A DNA stretch of 64,000 bases, taken from NCBI GenBank assembly GCA_021299635.1, contig JAJTFA010000001.1, forward strand, positions 520,391 to 584,390, written 5' to 3'. Positions 10,613 through 20,917 of the stretch are shown piece by piece. Positions within the stretch are counted from its first letter, which is position 1. Each line of letters starts with the position of its first letter. The position numbers and the translations under genes are program-made. This DNA comes from Sphingobacteriales bacterium (GTDB lineage: Bacteria > Bacteroidota > Bacteroidia > UKL13-3). The notes beneath the pieces were generated by a model that did not search any database, was not told the DNA's origin, and was given only the letters and a program-made list of their open reading frames with translations.

Positions 10613-11677
10613 TTATTTCGGCACATTATTATCAGCATTGCTGGCATTCATATCAGTCCTTTTGCTGTTAAACTCGTCATCGACTGATATTTCAAAATTC
10701 ATAAAGCTGTTTTGGCCACATACCCATCCTTGGCCTTCACCGGTAAATAACACTTTGGTAAGTATATTACTTGTGAATTTATTGTTATTACAACTACTCC
10801 AATTTTTCCCTTCAAAACAAAACATAGTTCCTTTGTCACCTACAGCCCATGCCTTTTTATCATTTAACGCATACACACTTCTTAGTCTTAAACCTTCTGC
10901 ACCTCCGACTTGCATTTTACTCCAGATGCCGTTATCATAAACCAGGAAAGTACCATTTTCGCCAACAGCAAACCCATAGTTTTCATCTACCATAGAAACA
11001 GATCTAAGTTTACTAATAGTTGGTGTTCCCATTTTATTCCAAACGCCATTTTCATACTTGATAATTATGCCATTTTCGCCAACGGCAAACCCGATATTAT
11101 TTACAAATTGAATACTGTATAACTGTTCATTCACGCCTTCGCAGGTTGTTTTACGCCATTTTTTACCATCAAAATTATAAATATGTTGTCCATCAGCTAC
11201 CGCCCACGCGCTTGTTTTAGAAATGGTAAATACCCCTTTCAGGTCAATTAATACTTTATTGTCTTTGCTGATGTCCTTTTTGTCTATTTCTACATTTTTG
11301 AAGAACGTCCAAGAGTTGTTGCTTTTATTGTATTGATAGAAAGTGGCATTTTCTCCAATAATCCATCCGTTTGTATCTGCTGAGAAGCTAATGCCATAGA
11401 ATGCTGAGGCGGCATTACTTAGTGCTTGTTGCTTTTTCCATGATACACCGTCAAACAATAAAATGGTTGAGCGGTCACCTACTGCAAATCCGTAATTTGG
11501 ATTGAAGAAAAATAAATCATTGAAGTAAGTATTTTGGGCATGGGCATCATCAATATTCCCTATGGCGTCTCTCCATTGTGCTTGAACTTGCAAGCCATTT
11601 AAAAAAAGAGTTAACACAACTAAAGGCTTTATTAATTTCATAACTGATTTCATAAAGCCAAAATTAAAATACGTCAT
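10613..11677 (-). CDS. Secreted beta-propeller repeat protein (YCF48/BNR-like)
   Basis: About seven ~40-aa repeats of the form L.sv...n.G(F/W)AVG.ng....y.g..W; signal peptide; true start may be a downstream Met. Confidence 0.7.
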   Translation of the reverse strand: MTYFNFGFMKSVMKLIKPLVVLTLFLNGLQVQAQWRDAIGNIDDAHAQNTYFNDLFFFNPNYGFAVGDRSTILLFDGVSWKKQQALSNAASAFYGISFSADTNGWIIGENATFYQYNKSNNSWTFFKNVEIDKKDISKDNKVLIDLKGVFTISKTSAWAVADGQHIYNFDGKKWRKTTCEGVNEQLYSIQFVNNIGFAVGENGIIIKYENGVWNKMGTPTISKLRSVSMVDENYGFAVGENGTFLVYDNGIWSKMQVGGAEGLRLRSVYALNDKKAWAVGDKGTMFCFEGKNWSSCNNNKFTSNILTKVLFTGEGQGWVCGQNSFMNFEISVDDEFNSKRTDMNASNADNNVPK

Positions 11678-12064
11678 CAGCTATTATAAAATTACTTATC
11701 ACATTAATGTGAATAACTATACGCTAAAATGTAACTCACTAAACAATTATAGTTAACTTCTCTGTTTGTCAATCCCTTGTTATTCTTGAAAACGCAGTTC
11801 TGGGTTGGTATTTTGGATAAGGTTAGGCAGCAAACGGGTATATAATTTTTTAGACATTTTATTTGTAACTAAGCCATATTTCTTAGTCAATATTAAAATA
11901 TCGTTAATAAGCCTTTAGAATTTTTACACGTTTCGTTTTTATGAATTGAAAAGAAGGCAATAAAGATGTCACGAGGCAACTAGGTAGTTTAATGATTTAA
12001 AATCTTTCCACGTGGCGTCTTGTCTTATATTGCAAATCAAACGCTAATATGGTAATATTGACAC

Positions 12065-12643
12065 ATGGAAAAAGAATACTATGCGCACGAAACCGCCATA
12101 ATTGATGAAGGCTGTACCATTGGAAAAGGCTCAAAAATTTGGCATTTCTCCCATATTATGCCCAATTGTGTCTTGGGCGAAAATTGCAATATCGGACAGA
12201 ATGTTGTGGTATCGCCTGAAGTGGTTCTAGGTAACAATGTTAAGGTGCAAAACAATGTCTCAATCTATACTGGTGTAACTTGTGCCGATGATGTTTTTTT
12301 AGGTCCTTCTTGCGTGTTTACCAACGTTACCAATCCGCGAAGCGGTGTTAACCGCAGGGGTCAATATTCCAGAACGCATGTGGGTAAAGGTGCATCCATT
12401 GGTGCAAATGCCACTATTGTATGCGGACATGATATTGGTGATTTTGCCTTTATTGGTGCTGGTGCTGTTGTTACCAAAAATGTACCTGCCTATGCATTAC
12501 TGGTAGGTAATCCTGCAAGGCAAATGGGCTGGATGAGTGAATTTGGTCATCGACTTGTTTTTGATGAAACAGGAAAGGCTGTATGCCCCGAAAGTGATCA
12601 GGTTTATCAATTGTCTAATGGGTTGGTTAATCGCATCAGTTAA
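12065..12643 (+). CDS. Hexapeptide-repeat N-acetyltransferase (WbpD/WlbB-like)
   Basis: Left-handed beta-helix repeats, KIWHFSHI, KVQNNVSIY, VFTNV, GNPAR motifs. Confidence 0.88.
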   Translation: MEKEYYAHETAIIDEGCTIGKGSKIWHFSHIMPNCVLGENCNIGQNVVVSPEVVLGNNVKVQNNVSIYTGVTCADDVFLGPSCVFTNVTNPRSGVNRRGQYSRTHVGKGASIGANATIVCGHDIGDFAFIGAGAVVTKNVPAYALLVGNPARQMGWMSEFGHRLVFDETGKAVCPESDQVYQLSNGLVNRIS

Positions 12644-13005
12644 TGGCAGCAAAGTATATTATACAAAAAAATCCATTTGTGGTGCCAACCACAGATGGTA
12701 AACTAATAGAAGAACATTATGGTCGCGTAGCAACCTCTGATTCCGGTTTTTCCGTGGCTCATATGGTTGCACCTCCGGGTTGGTCAGAGCCATTTCAAAC
12801 TCCGCTGTTTGATGAAGTAACCATTATAATTAAAGGAAAGAAACAAATTGAGGTAGATGAGGAAAAGATTGTATTGAATGCAGGCGAGACCATACTTATT
12901 AAAAAAGGCACTCGTGTGCGATATGCCAATCCGTTTGAAGAGCCAACCGAATACTGGAGTTTGTGTGTGCCTGCATTTTCAATTGAAGCTGTAAACCGTG
13001 AATAG
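12643..13005 (+). CDS. Cupin-domain protein
   Basis: Cupin barrel pattern EPFQTPLFDEVTIIIKG...LNAGETILI. Confidence 0.8.
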   Translation: MAAKYIIQKNPFVVPTTDGKLIEEHYGRVATSDSGFSVAHMVAPPGWSEPFQTPLFDEVTIIIKGKKQIEVDEEKIVLNAGETILIKKGTRVRYANPFEEPTEYWSLCVPAFSIEAVNRE

Positions 13006-13008
13006 GAT

Positions 13009-13980
13009 ATGAGAACCGGCTTTCTCTTTATTGCTATGCTCTTATGCGTATGGGCCGGCAAGGGCTGGGGGTTTTACGGTCACCGAATGATTAACCGATT
13101 AGCGGTTTTTACCTTACCCGAGCAATTACTGGGTTTTTATAAAAAGCATATTGAGTATGTTACCGAACATGCTCCCGATGCCGACCGCAGGCGCTATCGT
13201 GACCCTGAAGAGGCCTGCCGGCATTATATTGATCTGGATGTTTATGAGAAATGCGCTCCTGTTGATACGGTTCCAAAGTTTTGGAAAGAAGCCGTAGCGA
13301 AATTCACAGAAGATACTTTAAAAGCATATGGCATTGTGCCTTGGCATATACAGGTGATGAAATTCAGATTAACACAGGCTTTTAAAGAGAAAGATGTGAA
13401 TCGCATTTTGCATGCATCTGCAGATATCGGTCATTATATTGCTGATGCGCATGTGCCTTTACATGCTACACAAAACTATAATGGTCAGTTAACAAATCAG
13501 CATGGCATACATGCTTTTTGGGAATCTCGTTTACCAGAAGTTTTTGCCGGTGATTATGATTTTTTTGTTGGCCGTGCAACTTATATTGATGATGTGTTGG
13601 CCGCTGCATGGCAAGCCAGTGAAAGCAGTTTTGCGGCAAAGGATTCTGTTCTTGATTTTGAACGAAAACTTAGCCTAAACTTTTCTCCTGACAACAAATA
13701 CAGCTATGAGCAAAAAGGACAAACCCAAATTAGAAATTATTCCAGAGACTATGCTTCCGCTTTTCATAATATGCTAACCGGACAGGTTGAGCGAAGAATG
13801 CGCGCTTCTGTATGGATGGTTGGCTCAGTATGGTATTCAGCATGGGTTGATGCGGGTCAGCCTGACCTCAGCGATTTAGCCGATAAAAATAAACCCATGT
13901 CAGACGAGGAAAGAAAACAGTTGATTGAGGAAAATCAAAAACTCAATGAACAAAAAATGATTGGTAGGCAGGAAGAGTGA
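13009..13980 (+). CDS. S1/P1 nuclease / Zn-dependent phospholipase C family, secreted
   Basis: Mature N-terminus WGFYGH, HYID, GHYIADAHVPLH, IHAFWE zinc ligands. Confidence 0.88.
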   Translation: MRTGFLFIAMLLCVWAGKGWGFYGHRMINRLAVFTLPEQLLGFYKKHIEYVTEHAPDADRRRYRDPEEACRHYIDLDVYEKCAPVDTVPKFWKEAVAKFTEDTLKAYGIVPWHIQVMKFRLTQAFKEKDVNRILHASADIGHYIADAHVPLHATQNYNGQLTNQHGIHAFWESRLPEVFAGDYDFFVGRATYIDDVLAAAWQASESSFAAKDSVLDFERKLSLNFSPDNKYSYEQKGQTQIRNYSRDYASAFHNMLTGQVERRMRASVWMVGSVWYSAWVDAGQPDLSDLADKNKPMSDEERKQLIEENQKLNEQKMIGRQEE

Positions 13981-16008
13981 CTATTTTACCTCATTTAACT
14001 TTTCCTGCAAGGCATAAAGTTCATCTCGCAGTCGTGCAGCTTCCATAAATTCCATTTCTTTTGCAGCTCTTATCATTCTTTTTTGGGTTTCATCAATTGC
14101 CTTCTGCAGTTGTTCCTTATTCATATACTGCACTATCGGGTCAGCAGCCATTGTTGCCTCTTCCGGTTCCACATAATAATTTGCTTCATTGCCTTGCTTG
14201 GCATCAGCCACACTCGTTTGTTTCATGATTTCATCCTTGCTCTTGATAACAGTTCGAGGCGTGATGCCATGTGCCAGGTTATACGCAAGTTGCTTCTCGC
14301 GCTTACGTTCATTATCCTCTAATGTTTTTCTTATACTCTCTGTGATGTGATCGGCATATAAAATTACCTTTCCTCTTTCATTTCTAGCAGCACGGCCAAT
14401 AGTTTGTATGAGCGAACTTTCACTGCGTAAAAATCCTTCCTTATCAGCATCCATAATAGCCACAAATGAAACTTCTGGTAAGTCAAGTCCCTCACGCAAT
14501 AAGTTAACACCAATAAGTACATCAAACTTGCCTAATCGCAGGTCACGCAGAATTTCAACACGGTCAAGTGTTTTTACTTCACTGTGTATATACCTGCATT
14601 TAATATTGAGCCTTGCAAGATATTTGGTTAATTCTTCAGCCATGCGCTTGGTAAGGGTGGTAACCAAAACACGATCGCCCATCTTTATTCGCTCATCAAT
14701 TTCATCCATCAAATCATCTACCTGATTAATGCATGGCCTGATTTCAATAACCGGGTCAAGTAAGCCCGTAGGACGAATAATTTGTTCAACCACCACACCT
14801 TCTGATTCTCTTATTTCATAATCGGCCGGTGTAGCGCTCACATAAATAGTTTGTCCAACCAATGCTTCGAATTCATTAAAGGTGAGCGGGCGATTATCCA
14901 ATGCAGAAGGAAGGCGAAAACCATACTCAACCAGATTCTCTTTTCTTGAGCGGTCGCCTCCATACATGCCCCGCACTTGCGGAATCGTAACATGACTTTC
15001 ATCAACCACCAAAAGAAAATCTTTTGGGAAATAATCCAGCAGGCAGAAAGGCCTTTCACCGGGTTTTCTTCTGTCCATGTAGCGGCTATAGTTTTCAATA
15101 CCGCTGCAATAGCCAAGTTCACGCATCATTTCCAGATCAAAATTGGTGCGTTCTTCCAAACGTTTGGCTTCCAAAAATTTCCCAAGCGATTTGAAATAGG
15201 CAATCTGTGCCACCAAGTCATCCTGTATATCTCTAATACTTTGTTGTAGTTGCTCCTTGGGTGTAACATAGATATTGGCAGGGAAGATGGCCACATCTTG
15301 CAAGGTTTCCATTTTCATTCCGCTCACCGGATCAATCATTTGAACATCCTCAATTTCGTTTCCAAAAAACAGGATGCGAAAAGCAAAATCTGCATAGGCA
15401 GGATACACATCCACGGCATCACCCTTCACCCTAAATGTGGCACGTTTAAAATCTGCCGTAGTGCGTGAGTAAAGTGAATCAACCAAGGCATATAACAGTG
15501 TGCTACGGGCTATTTTTTGCCCTTTGTGCAAACGGATAATACTGCTTTCATAATCTTTAGGATTGCCCGCACCATAAATACAACTTACCGATGCCACCAC
15601 AATTACATCACGCCTTCCGGATAAGAGAGAAGAGGTTGTTTTTAAACGCATCTTTTCTATCTCCTCATTGATGTTTAGGTCTTTTTCAATATAGGTATTG
15701 GATTGTGGGATGAATGCCTCAGGCTGGTAGTAATCATAATACGATACAAAATATTCTACCGCGTTGTCAGGAAAAAACTGTTTAAACTCCCCATACAATT
15801 GCGCAACCAGTGTTTTGTTATGGCTGATGATGAGTGTGGGTCTTTGAACTTTCTCAATCACATTTGCTACTGTAAACGTTTTTCCGGAACCTGTTACCCC
15901 CAGCAGCACCTGCGCCTCATCACCACGCGTTATTCCATCCGTCAGCGCTTTTATTGCTTCCGGCTGATCCCCGGTTGGCCGGTAGTCTGATGTGAGTTTA
16001 AAATTCAT
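13981..16008 (-). CDS. uvrB: Excinuclease ABC subunit B
   Basis: PTGDQP, GVTGSGKT, YYDYYQPEA, DESH, QTIGRAARN, C-terminal UVR domain. Confidence 0.98.
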   Translation of the reverse strand: MNFKLTSDYRPTGDQPEAIKALTDGITRGDEAQVLLGVTGSGKTFTVANVIEKVQRPTLIISHNKTLVAQLYGEFKQFFPDNAVEYFVSYYDYYQPEAFIPQSNTYIEKDLNINEEIEKMRLKTTSSLLSGRRDVIVVASVSCIYGAGNPKDYESSIIRLHKGQKIARSTLLYALVDSLYSRTTADFKRATFRVKGDAVDVYPAYADFAFRILFFGNEIEDVQMIDPVSGMKMETLQDVAIFPANIYVTPKEQLQQSIRDIQDDLVAQIAYFKSLGKFLEAKRLEERTNFDLEMMRELGYCSGIENYSRYMDRRKPGERPFCLLDYFPKDFLLVVDESHVTIPQVRGMYGGDRSRKENLVEYGFRLPSALDNRPLTFNEFEALVGQTIYVSATPADYEIRESEGVVVEQIIRPTGLLDPVIEIRPCINQVDDLMDEIDERIKMGDRVLVTTLTKRMAEELTKYLARLNIKCRYIHSEVKTLDRVEILRDLRLGKFDVLIGVNLLREGLDLPEVSFVAIMDADKEGFLRSESSLIQTIGRAARNERGKVILYADHITESIRKTLEDNERKREKQLAYNLAHGITPRTVIKSKDEIMKQTSVADAKQGNEANYYVEPEEATMAADPIVQYMNKEQLQKAIDETQKRMIRAAKEMEFMEAARLRDELYALQEKLNEVK

Positions 16009-16012
16009 CCTG

Positions 16013-16020
16013 CAAATTTA
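16013..16020 (-). promoter_or_regulatory. -7 promoter element for uvrB
   Basis: TAAATTTG on the minus strand, 4 bp before the ATG. Confidence 0.55.
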
Positions 16021-16200
16021 CTTTCATGTATTGATTAACACACTAAAAAAAATAAATAAAACAAAATACTACTTTCTAAATAGATACGCTACTCCCTTCA
16101 ATACTCTAGTATATGAGGTTCGAACTTCATACGTTGAACAAAATATACAGTTACCCTTTGCTGTGAACAAAGTAGGGGCAGGCTTTCTTAAAAAGCCTTA

Positions 16201-16208
16201 TATATTTG
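16201..16208 (+). promoter_or_regulatory. -7 promoter element for the ddl-like gene
   Basis: TATATTTG 6 bp before ATG at 16215. Confidence 0.55.
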
Positions 16209-16214
16209 ATGCCT

Positions 16215-18893
16215 ATGAAGGTAGGAATCTTTTTTGGTGGCATCTCCCGTGAACGGGAAGTGAGCTTTGCCGGTGGCCGCACGGTTTATGACAATCTTGA
16301 TAAAACCTTGTTTGAAGCCGTTCCCATTTTTGTGGATAGCTTTAATAATTTCATCCTGCTCGACTGGCATTTTATTTACAAAGGCAGTATACGCGATTTT
16401 TATCCGCCTGTTTCAGCTTTAAAATCGGCTAAGTATCCGGTGCAGATTTATGCCGAAAGTATCAAATCTGCTTATCAGGATAATGGCTTGAGCCTGGCTG
16501 TTAAACTGGGAAAAGTAATTAAGCCAGATGAACTGAAAGGGCTTATTGATTTTGCTTTTCTTGCCCTGCATGGCAATTTTGGCGAGGATGGTACCATACA
16601 AGGTTTGCTGGAGTGGATGCGCATTCCTTACAGCGGTTCGGGTATCATGCCTTCGGCATTGGGTATGAACAAGCGCTTGCAAAAAAGTTTAATGAAAGAG
16701 GCAGGAATGCATGTGCCCGCTACGTTTAGTTTTTCCAAGCAGGAGTGGTTGCATGGCAACCGCAAAAAGCTGTTTGCTTCGGTTCGCGCATTGTTCAACA
16801 ATCAATGTGTGGTGAAACCCGCCAATCAGGGTTCATCGGTAGGTGTTTCCGTAATCGCTACCGAGCGTTTTGCCGATTTTGAAAAGGCGGTAAACAAATC
16901 GTTTTTTATACAGGAAGTTGGGGCGGCCGAATGGGAAAAACTAAACCGTGAAGAAAAAATCAGTTTTGTGCAGAAGCTGTCTGATGTAAAGGAAGGCATT
17001 GGTTTGCCTTGCCTGGTTAACGATCAAATGATTTACCATCCGGATGAGTTATTTACCTTGTTTGATAAGCAGCTCACTGCTGCTAATAAAATTACCCTTG
17101 AAGGTTATTACAGCGAAACAGAATGTTTGATAGAGGATTTTATAGAGGGCAGAGAGTTTAGTTGTATCGTGGTGCGCAATACCGATGGCACACCTGTTGC
17201 ATTGCCGCCCACAGAAATTGTTAAAGGCAAAGAAGTGTTTGATTACCGCAGCAAATATTTGCCCGGCCTAAGCAGAAAAATTACGCCAATAGATTTGCCG
17301 GTTGCAGATATTGAACGCATACGCAAAGCTTGTGTGCAGTTGTTCGGGTATTTTGGTTTTCATGTATATGCACGCATTGATGGTTTTATAAACAAAGAGG
17401 GCAAGCTGTTTTTAAATGATCCCAATACCACTTCGGGTATGATGCCTTCTTCCTTTTTCTTTCATCAGGCTGCAGAAATCGGATTAAATCCTTCTCAGTT
17501 TTTAACCTATATCATTCGTACCTCGCTGGCAGAGCGCGTGGCTTCTTTATCTACACATGTGCATGAACAAGCCTTGTTAAGGCAGCTGGATGCCAAACTG
17601 CTTGCAGGTAAAAACAAAAAGAGCAGCAAAAAGCGTGTAGCGGTTTTTATGGGTGGCTACAGCACAGAACGACACATATCCGTTGAAAGCGGACGCAATA
17701 TTTATGAAAAGCTGGCTTCTTCTGCCAAGTATGCTCCATTCCCTGTTTTTGTTACCGGCAATGATGCAAAACATGAGTTGTATCTCATTCCCGTTAATAT
17801 CATGCTCAAGGATAATGCAGATGATATTCGCGAAAAGGTGATGCACTTTAAGCGCTCTCCGGTCATAGATAAAATTGCCAAAGAGTGTAAGGGTATTTTA
17901 CAGCAATTTGGCAACGATGCTGCATTGAGTGCACCTAAAAAAATTACCTATGCCGAGTTGGCCAAATTAACCGATGCGGTCTTTATTGCCCTGCATGGCA
18001 GGCCGGGTGAAGATGGTACCGTGCAGAAGGAATTAAACCGCTTGCGCATACCATACAACGGTTCAGGTGTGGCTAGCTCACAAATAACCATAAACAAGTA
18101 TGATACCAACGAGCTACTCAAACAAAAAGGTTTTTTGGTAGCCGATCATATGCTGGTGCACGAAGACAAGTGGAAACAGCAACGCGCAAAAGTTATTGAA
18201 GCTATTGAGAAAATTGGATATCCGCTTATTGCCAAACCTGCCGATGATGGTTGCAGCAGTGCAGTTAAAAAAATTAAAACCAGGGAAGATTTGATAAATT
18301 ATGCCGATGGCGTTTTCAGAAGTTCACTTGCCATCAGTCCTCAACTGGCAGCGCGTTTAAAGCTAAAACCCAAAGAAGAGTTTCCTAAGAAATCTTATTT
18401 TTTGATTGAGCGTTTTGTTGAGAAGGGTAACAAGGCCATACACTTTTTGGAAGTAACCGGTGGCATGCTTACGCATTATCAGAACAACCAGTTGTTGTTT
18501 GAAACCTTTGAACCCAGCGAAACACTGGCCGAAGGTGAAGTGCTGAGTCTGGAAGAAAAATTCCTGGCAGGGCAGGGGCAAAACATTACACCGGCCCGTT
18601 ATGCCAAAACACCTGCTGCACAAAAACTCATTAGCAAACAGGTGCAGCAAACATTAATGAAGGGTGCCAAAGTTTTGGGGGTAGAAGGATATTGCCGCAT
18701 TGATGCATTTGTGCGCGTGATGCCGAAAAACAAAGTTGAGGTAGTGTTTATTGAAGTCAACTCATTACCGGGTATGACTCCGGCAACGGCCATCTTTCAT
18801 CAGTGTGCCTTAAACGGATACAAGCCTTACGAGTTTATTGACCGCATATTGGAATTTGGCACAGCACGCACCCGTAAAAATAAAGTGAGTTAA
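16215..18893 (+). CDS. ddl: D-alanine--D-alanine ligase-family protein with two tandem Ddl modules
   Basis: Two copies of GG.S.ER..S, ALHG..GEDG, IPY.GSG, KPA..G.S, RID and N...GM motifs. Start adjusted to MKVGIFFGG. Confidence 0.88.
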   Translation: MKVGIFFGGISREREVSFAGGRTVYDNLDKTLFEAVPIFVDSFNNFILLDWHFIYKGSIRDFYPPVSALKSAKYPVQIYAESIKSAYQDNGLSLAVKLGKVIKPDELKGLIDFAFLALHGNFGEDGTIQGLLEWMRIPYSGSGIMPSALGMNKRLQKSLMKEAGMHVPATFSFSKQEWLHGNRKKLFASVRALFNNQCVVKPANQGSSVGVSVIATERFADFEKAVNKSFFIQEVGAAEWEKLNREEKISFVQKLSDVKEGIGLPCLVNDQMIYHPDELFTLFDKQLTAANKITLEGYYSETECLIEDFIEGREFSCIVVRNTDGTPVALPPTEIVKGKEVFDYRSKYLPGLSRKITPIDLPVADIERIRKACVQLFGYFGFHVYARIDGFINKEGKLFLNDPNTTSGMMPSSFFFHQAAEIGLNPSQFLTYIIRTSLAERVASLSTHVHEQALLRQLDAKLLAGKNKKSSKKRVAVFMGGYSTERHISVESGRNIYEKLASSAKYAPFPVFVTGNDAKHELYLIPVNIMLKDNADDIREKVMHFKRSPVIDKIAKECKGILQQFGNDAALSAPKKITYAELAKLTDAVFIALHGRPGEDGTVQKELNRLRIPYNGSGVASSQITINKYDTNELLKQKGFLVADHMLVHEDKWKQQRAKVIEAIEKIGYPLIAKPADDGCSSAVKKIKTREDLINYADGVFRSSLAISPQLAARLKLKPKEEFPKKSYFLIERFVEKGNKAIHFLEVTGGMLTHYQNNQLLFETFEPSETLAEGEVLSLEEKFLAGQGQNITPARYAKTPAAQKLISKQVQQTLMKGAKVLGVEGYCRIDAFVRVMPKNKVEVVFIEVNSLPGMTPATAIFHQCALNGYKPYEFIDRILEFGTARTRKNKVS

Positions 18894-18944
18894 TACAGCA
18901 CCTTGCCGCATGTTGCAAAGCATGCGGGTAAAGGCCTCTTTGGT

Positions 18945-19472
18945 TTATACAAAACGCGGATCGGTTTCCATTACATGTCCGCAGTTTTTGCAGGTGCGCA
19001 ATTCTTCCGAAGCATAATACTCCTTAAAGCGCGGCAAGAAATCTTTTTCAATATTGTGCAGCTCAAAATAAGTTTCATGCAAGGTGTTGTTGCATTTTTC
19101 ACAATACCATTGTAGTCCATCGGTGTATCCTTTGCCTTCGCGCACGCGCTCAATCACCAGTCCAATGGAGCCTTCGCTGCGCACGGGTGAGTGTGGTGTT
19201 TTAGCCGGGCATAAAAACATATCTCCGGGGCCCAGTGCAACGTGCTCTACCTTGCCGTCAACCTGAATTCTAACATCAATCGTGCCTTCCAGTTGATAGA
19301 AGAGTTCTTCTGTTTCGTTGTAGTGAAAATCTTTTCTGGCATTGGGTCCGCCTACAATCATCACAATATAATCCGTTCCTTCGGGATACATATTTTTGTT
19401 GGCCACAGGTGGTTTTAATAAATGGCGGTTCTCATCTATCCATTTTTTCAGGTTAAAGGCTGCGCGTATCAT
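18945..19472 (-). CDS. nbaC: 3-hydroxyanthranilate 3,4-dioxygenase
   Basis: LLKPPVAN, GGPNARKDFH, EELFYQ, PHSP, CxxC pairs of the rubredoxin-like site. Confidence 0.95.
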   Translation of the reverse strand: MIRAAFNLKKWIDENRHLLKPPVANKNMYPEGTDYIVMIVGGPNARKDFHYNETEELFYQLEGTIDVRIQVDGKVEHVALGPGDMFLCPAKTPHSPVRSEGSIGLVIERVREGKGYTDGLQWYCEKCNNTLHETYFELHNIEKDFLPRFKEYYASEELRTCKNCGHVMETDPRFV

Positions 19473-19518
19473 AATGCATGCTTATTTATGTTGCCAAGTT
19501 AATAAAATTATCAAAGTA

Positions 19519-20853
19519 TCAAGTTAATGCTTCTGTGCTTTCTTCAAAGGCCACGCCATAAGTTCGGAGTTCATCCAGTATGGGTTCATACAATTCTGCC
19601 TGCAGGGGCAGCTGCACACCTGTTAGTTTAATATTGCCCTGTAATACTTGTTTGGCAGCCATGCCCAAAGGCAGGCCAACCGTTTTAGCCATTGCCGTAT
19701 AGATTTCATCTTCGCCTTTCACCATCAGGTTGCAGGTAATGCGGTAATCTTTTTTACCAATACGGTATTCAATCCGGTGCTGCATTACAATCATATCCAG
19801 TTCACCTTTTTGTAGTTTCCATTTTTGCTGCAGCAGCCACTGCAAAATTTGTGCTGGTGTGCCTTCATTTAGTTTTATCATTTCCTCATCAAACAAACCC
19901 AGCCATTGCAATTGTTTAAATGCTTCATCGGTTGTTTGGATGCCCAGAAAATCTGCAACCCTTTGCTCCAGTTGTGCCAGGTTGTTTCCGGGTGTAAAGG
20001 CACTGGTAAATTTGCGGTAGCTTAATTTAGATGCATCCGTAATGGTGAATGAATCATCGGTGAGTCCAAGTTTAATAAGCATATTCCAGGCATGGCTGTA
20101 TCCTTTTCTTCGAAGCGTTCCGCGCAATACGGTGTGTGCGGTTTCAATGCCATATGGTTTAATATAACCCAAACTATCACGATTGGCATATGACTCAAAT
20201 GCTTCATTATTCATATACACCGGTTCTGTTTGGGTAAAGATGCGCGCCTGCGGAATAAACTTCAGTTCATGCTGCTCCAGATACTTGGCTGTTGCCTGCC
20301 CTGCCAGCACCACATTGCGTGGGTTCCATGTAAATTTATAATGCCATGGATTGGTATCATATTCCGGTGCAACCAGTCCACCGCAAAAAGATTTAAAAGA
20401 GGTAATTTCTGCACCAACGCCTTGCAGCCTGTGTATAACTTGCATAGCCGAAAGGTGATCAATGCCGGGGTCGAGTCCGCATTCATTTAAAAACAATACG
20501 CCTGCTTTCACCGCTTCCACATGCAGGTGGTGCATTTCTTCTGAAATATATGAGGCGGTAATGAGGTGTATTTTGTGCTTTAAACAAACCCTGGCCACAA
20601 TGATATGCATGGCAGGCGGCAATAAGGAAATAACCAGGTGATGCGTTGCCACCAGCTGATCAAGTTCAAAAGCATCTGATACATTTAAACCAATGGCTGC
20701 AGTGTTTGGGAGGTTACCTGTTTTTCTTTCAGCAGCACTTTTATCTGCATCTGCAACGCTGATAAACCAGTTTTCCTGCTGCGCATGAGCTGTAAGATAA
20801 TTAATGAGGTATGAAGCAGAAAGCCCTGCTCCCAGAACTAAAATTTTTTTCAT
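19519..20853 (-). CDS. Saccharopine dehydrogenase family protein
   Basis: Rossmann ILVLGAG, ITASY, ECGLDPGIDH, SFCGGL, YKFTWNP, RGTLR, AMAKTVG. Confidence 0.93.
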   Translation of the reverse strand: MKKILVLGAGLSASYLINYLTAHAQQENWFISVADADKSAAERKTGNLPNTAAIGLNVSDAFELDQLVATHHLVISLLPPAMHIIVARVCLKHKIHLITASYISEEMHHLHVEAVKAGVLFLNECGLDPGIDHLSAMQVIHRLQGVGAEITSFKSFCGGLVAPEYDTNPWHYKFTWNPRNVVLAGQATAKYLEQHELKFIPQARIFTQTEPVYMNNEAFESYANRDSLGYIKPYGIETAHTVLRGTLRRKGYSHAWNMLIKLGLTDDSFTITDASKLSYRKFTSAFTPGNNLAQLEQRVADFLGIQTTDEAFKQLQWLGLFDEEMIKLNEGTPAQILQWLLQQKWKLQKGELDMIVMQHRIEYRIGKKDYRITCNLMVKGEDEIYTAMAKTVGLPLGMAAKQVLQGNIKLTGVQLPLQAELYEPILDELRTYGVAFEESTEALT

Positions 20854-20917
20854 TTACCGGAAATATGACACACGCGAAACTACACAATACTGAAGAATTT
20901 TTATTATCATTGAATAG

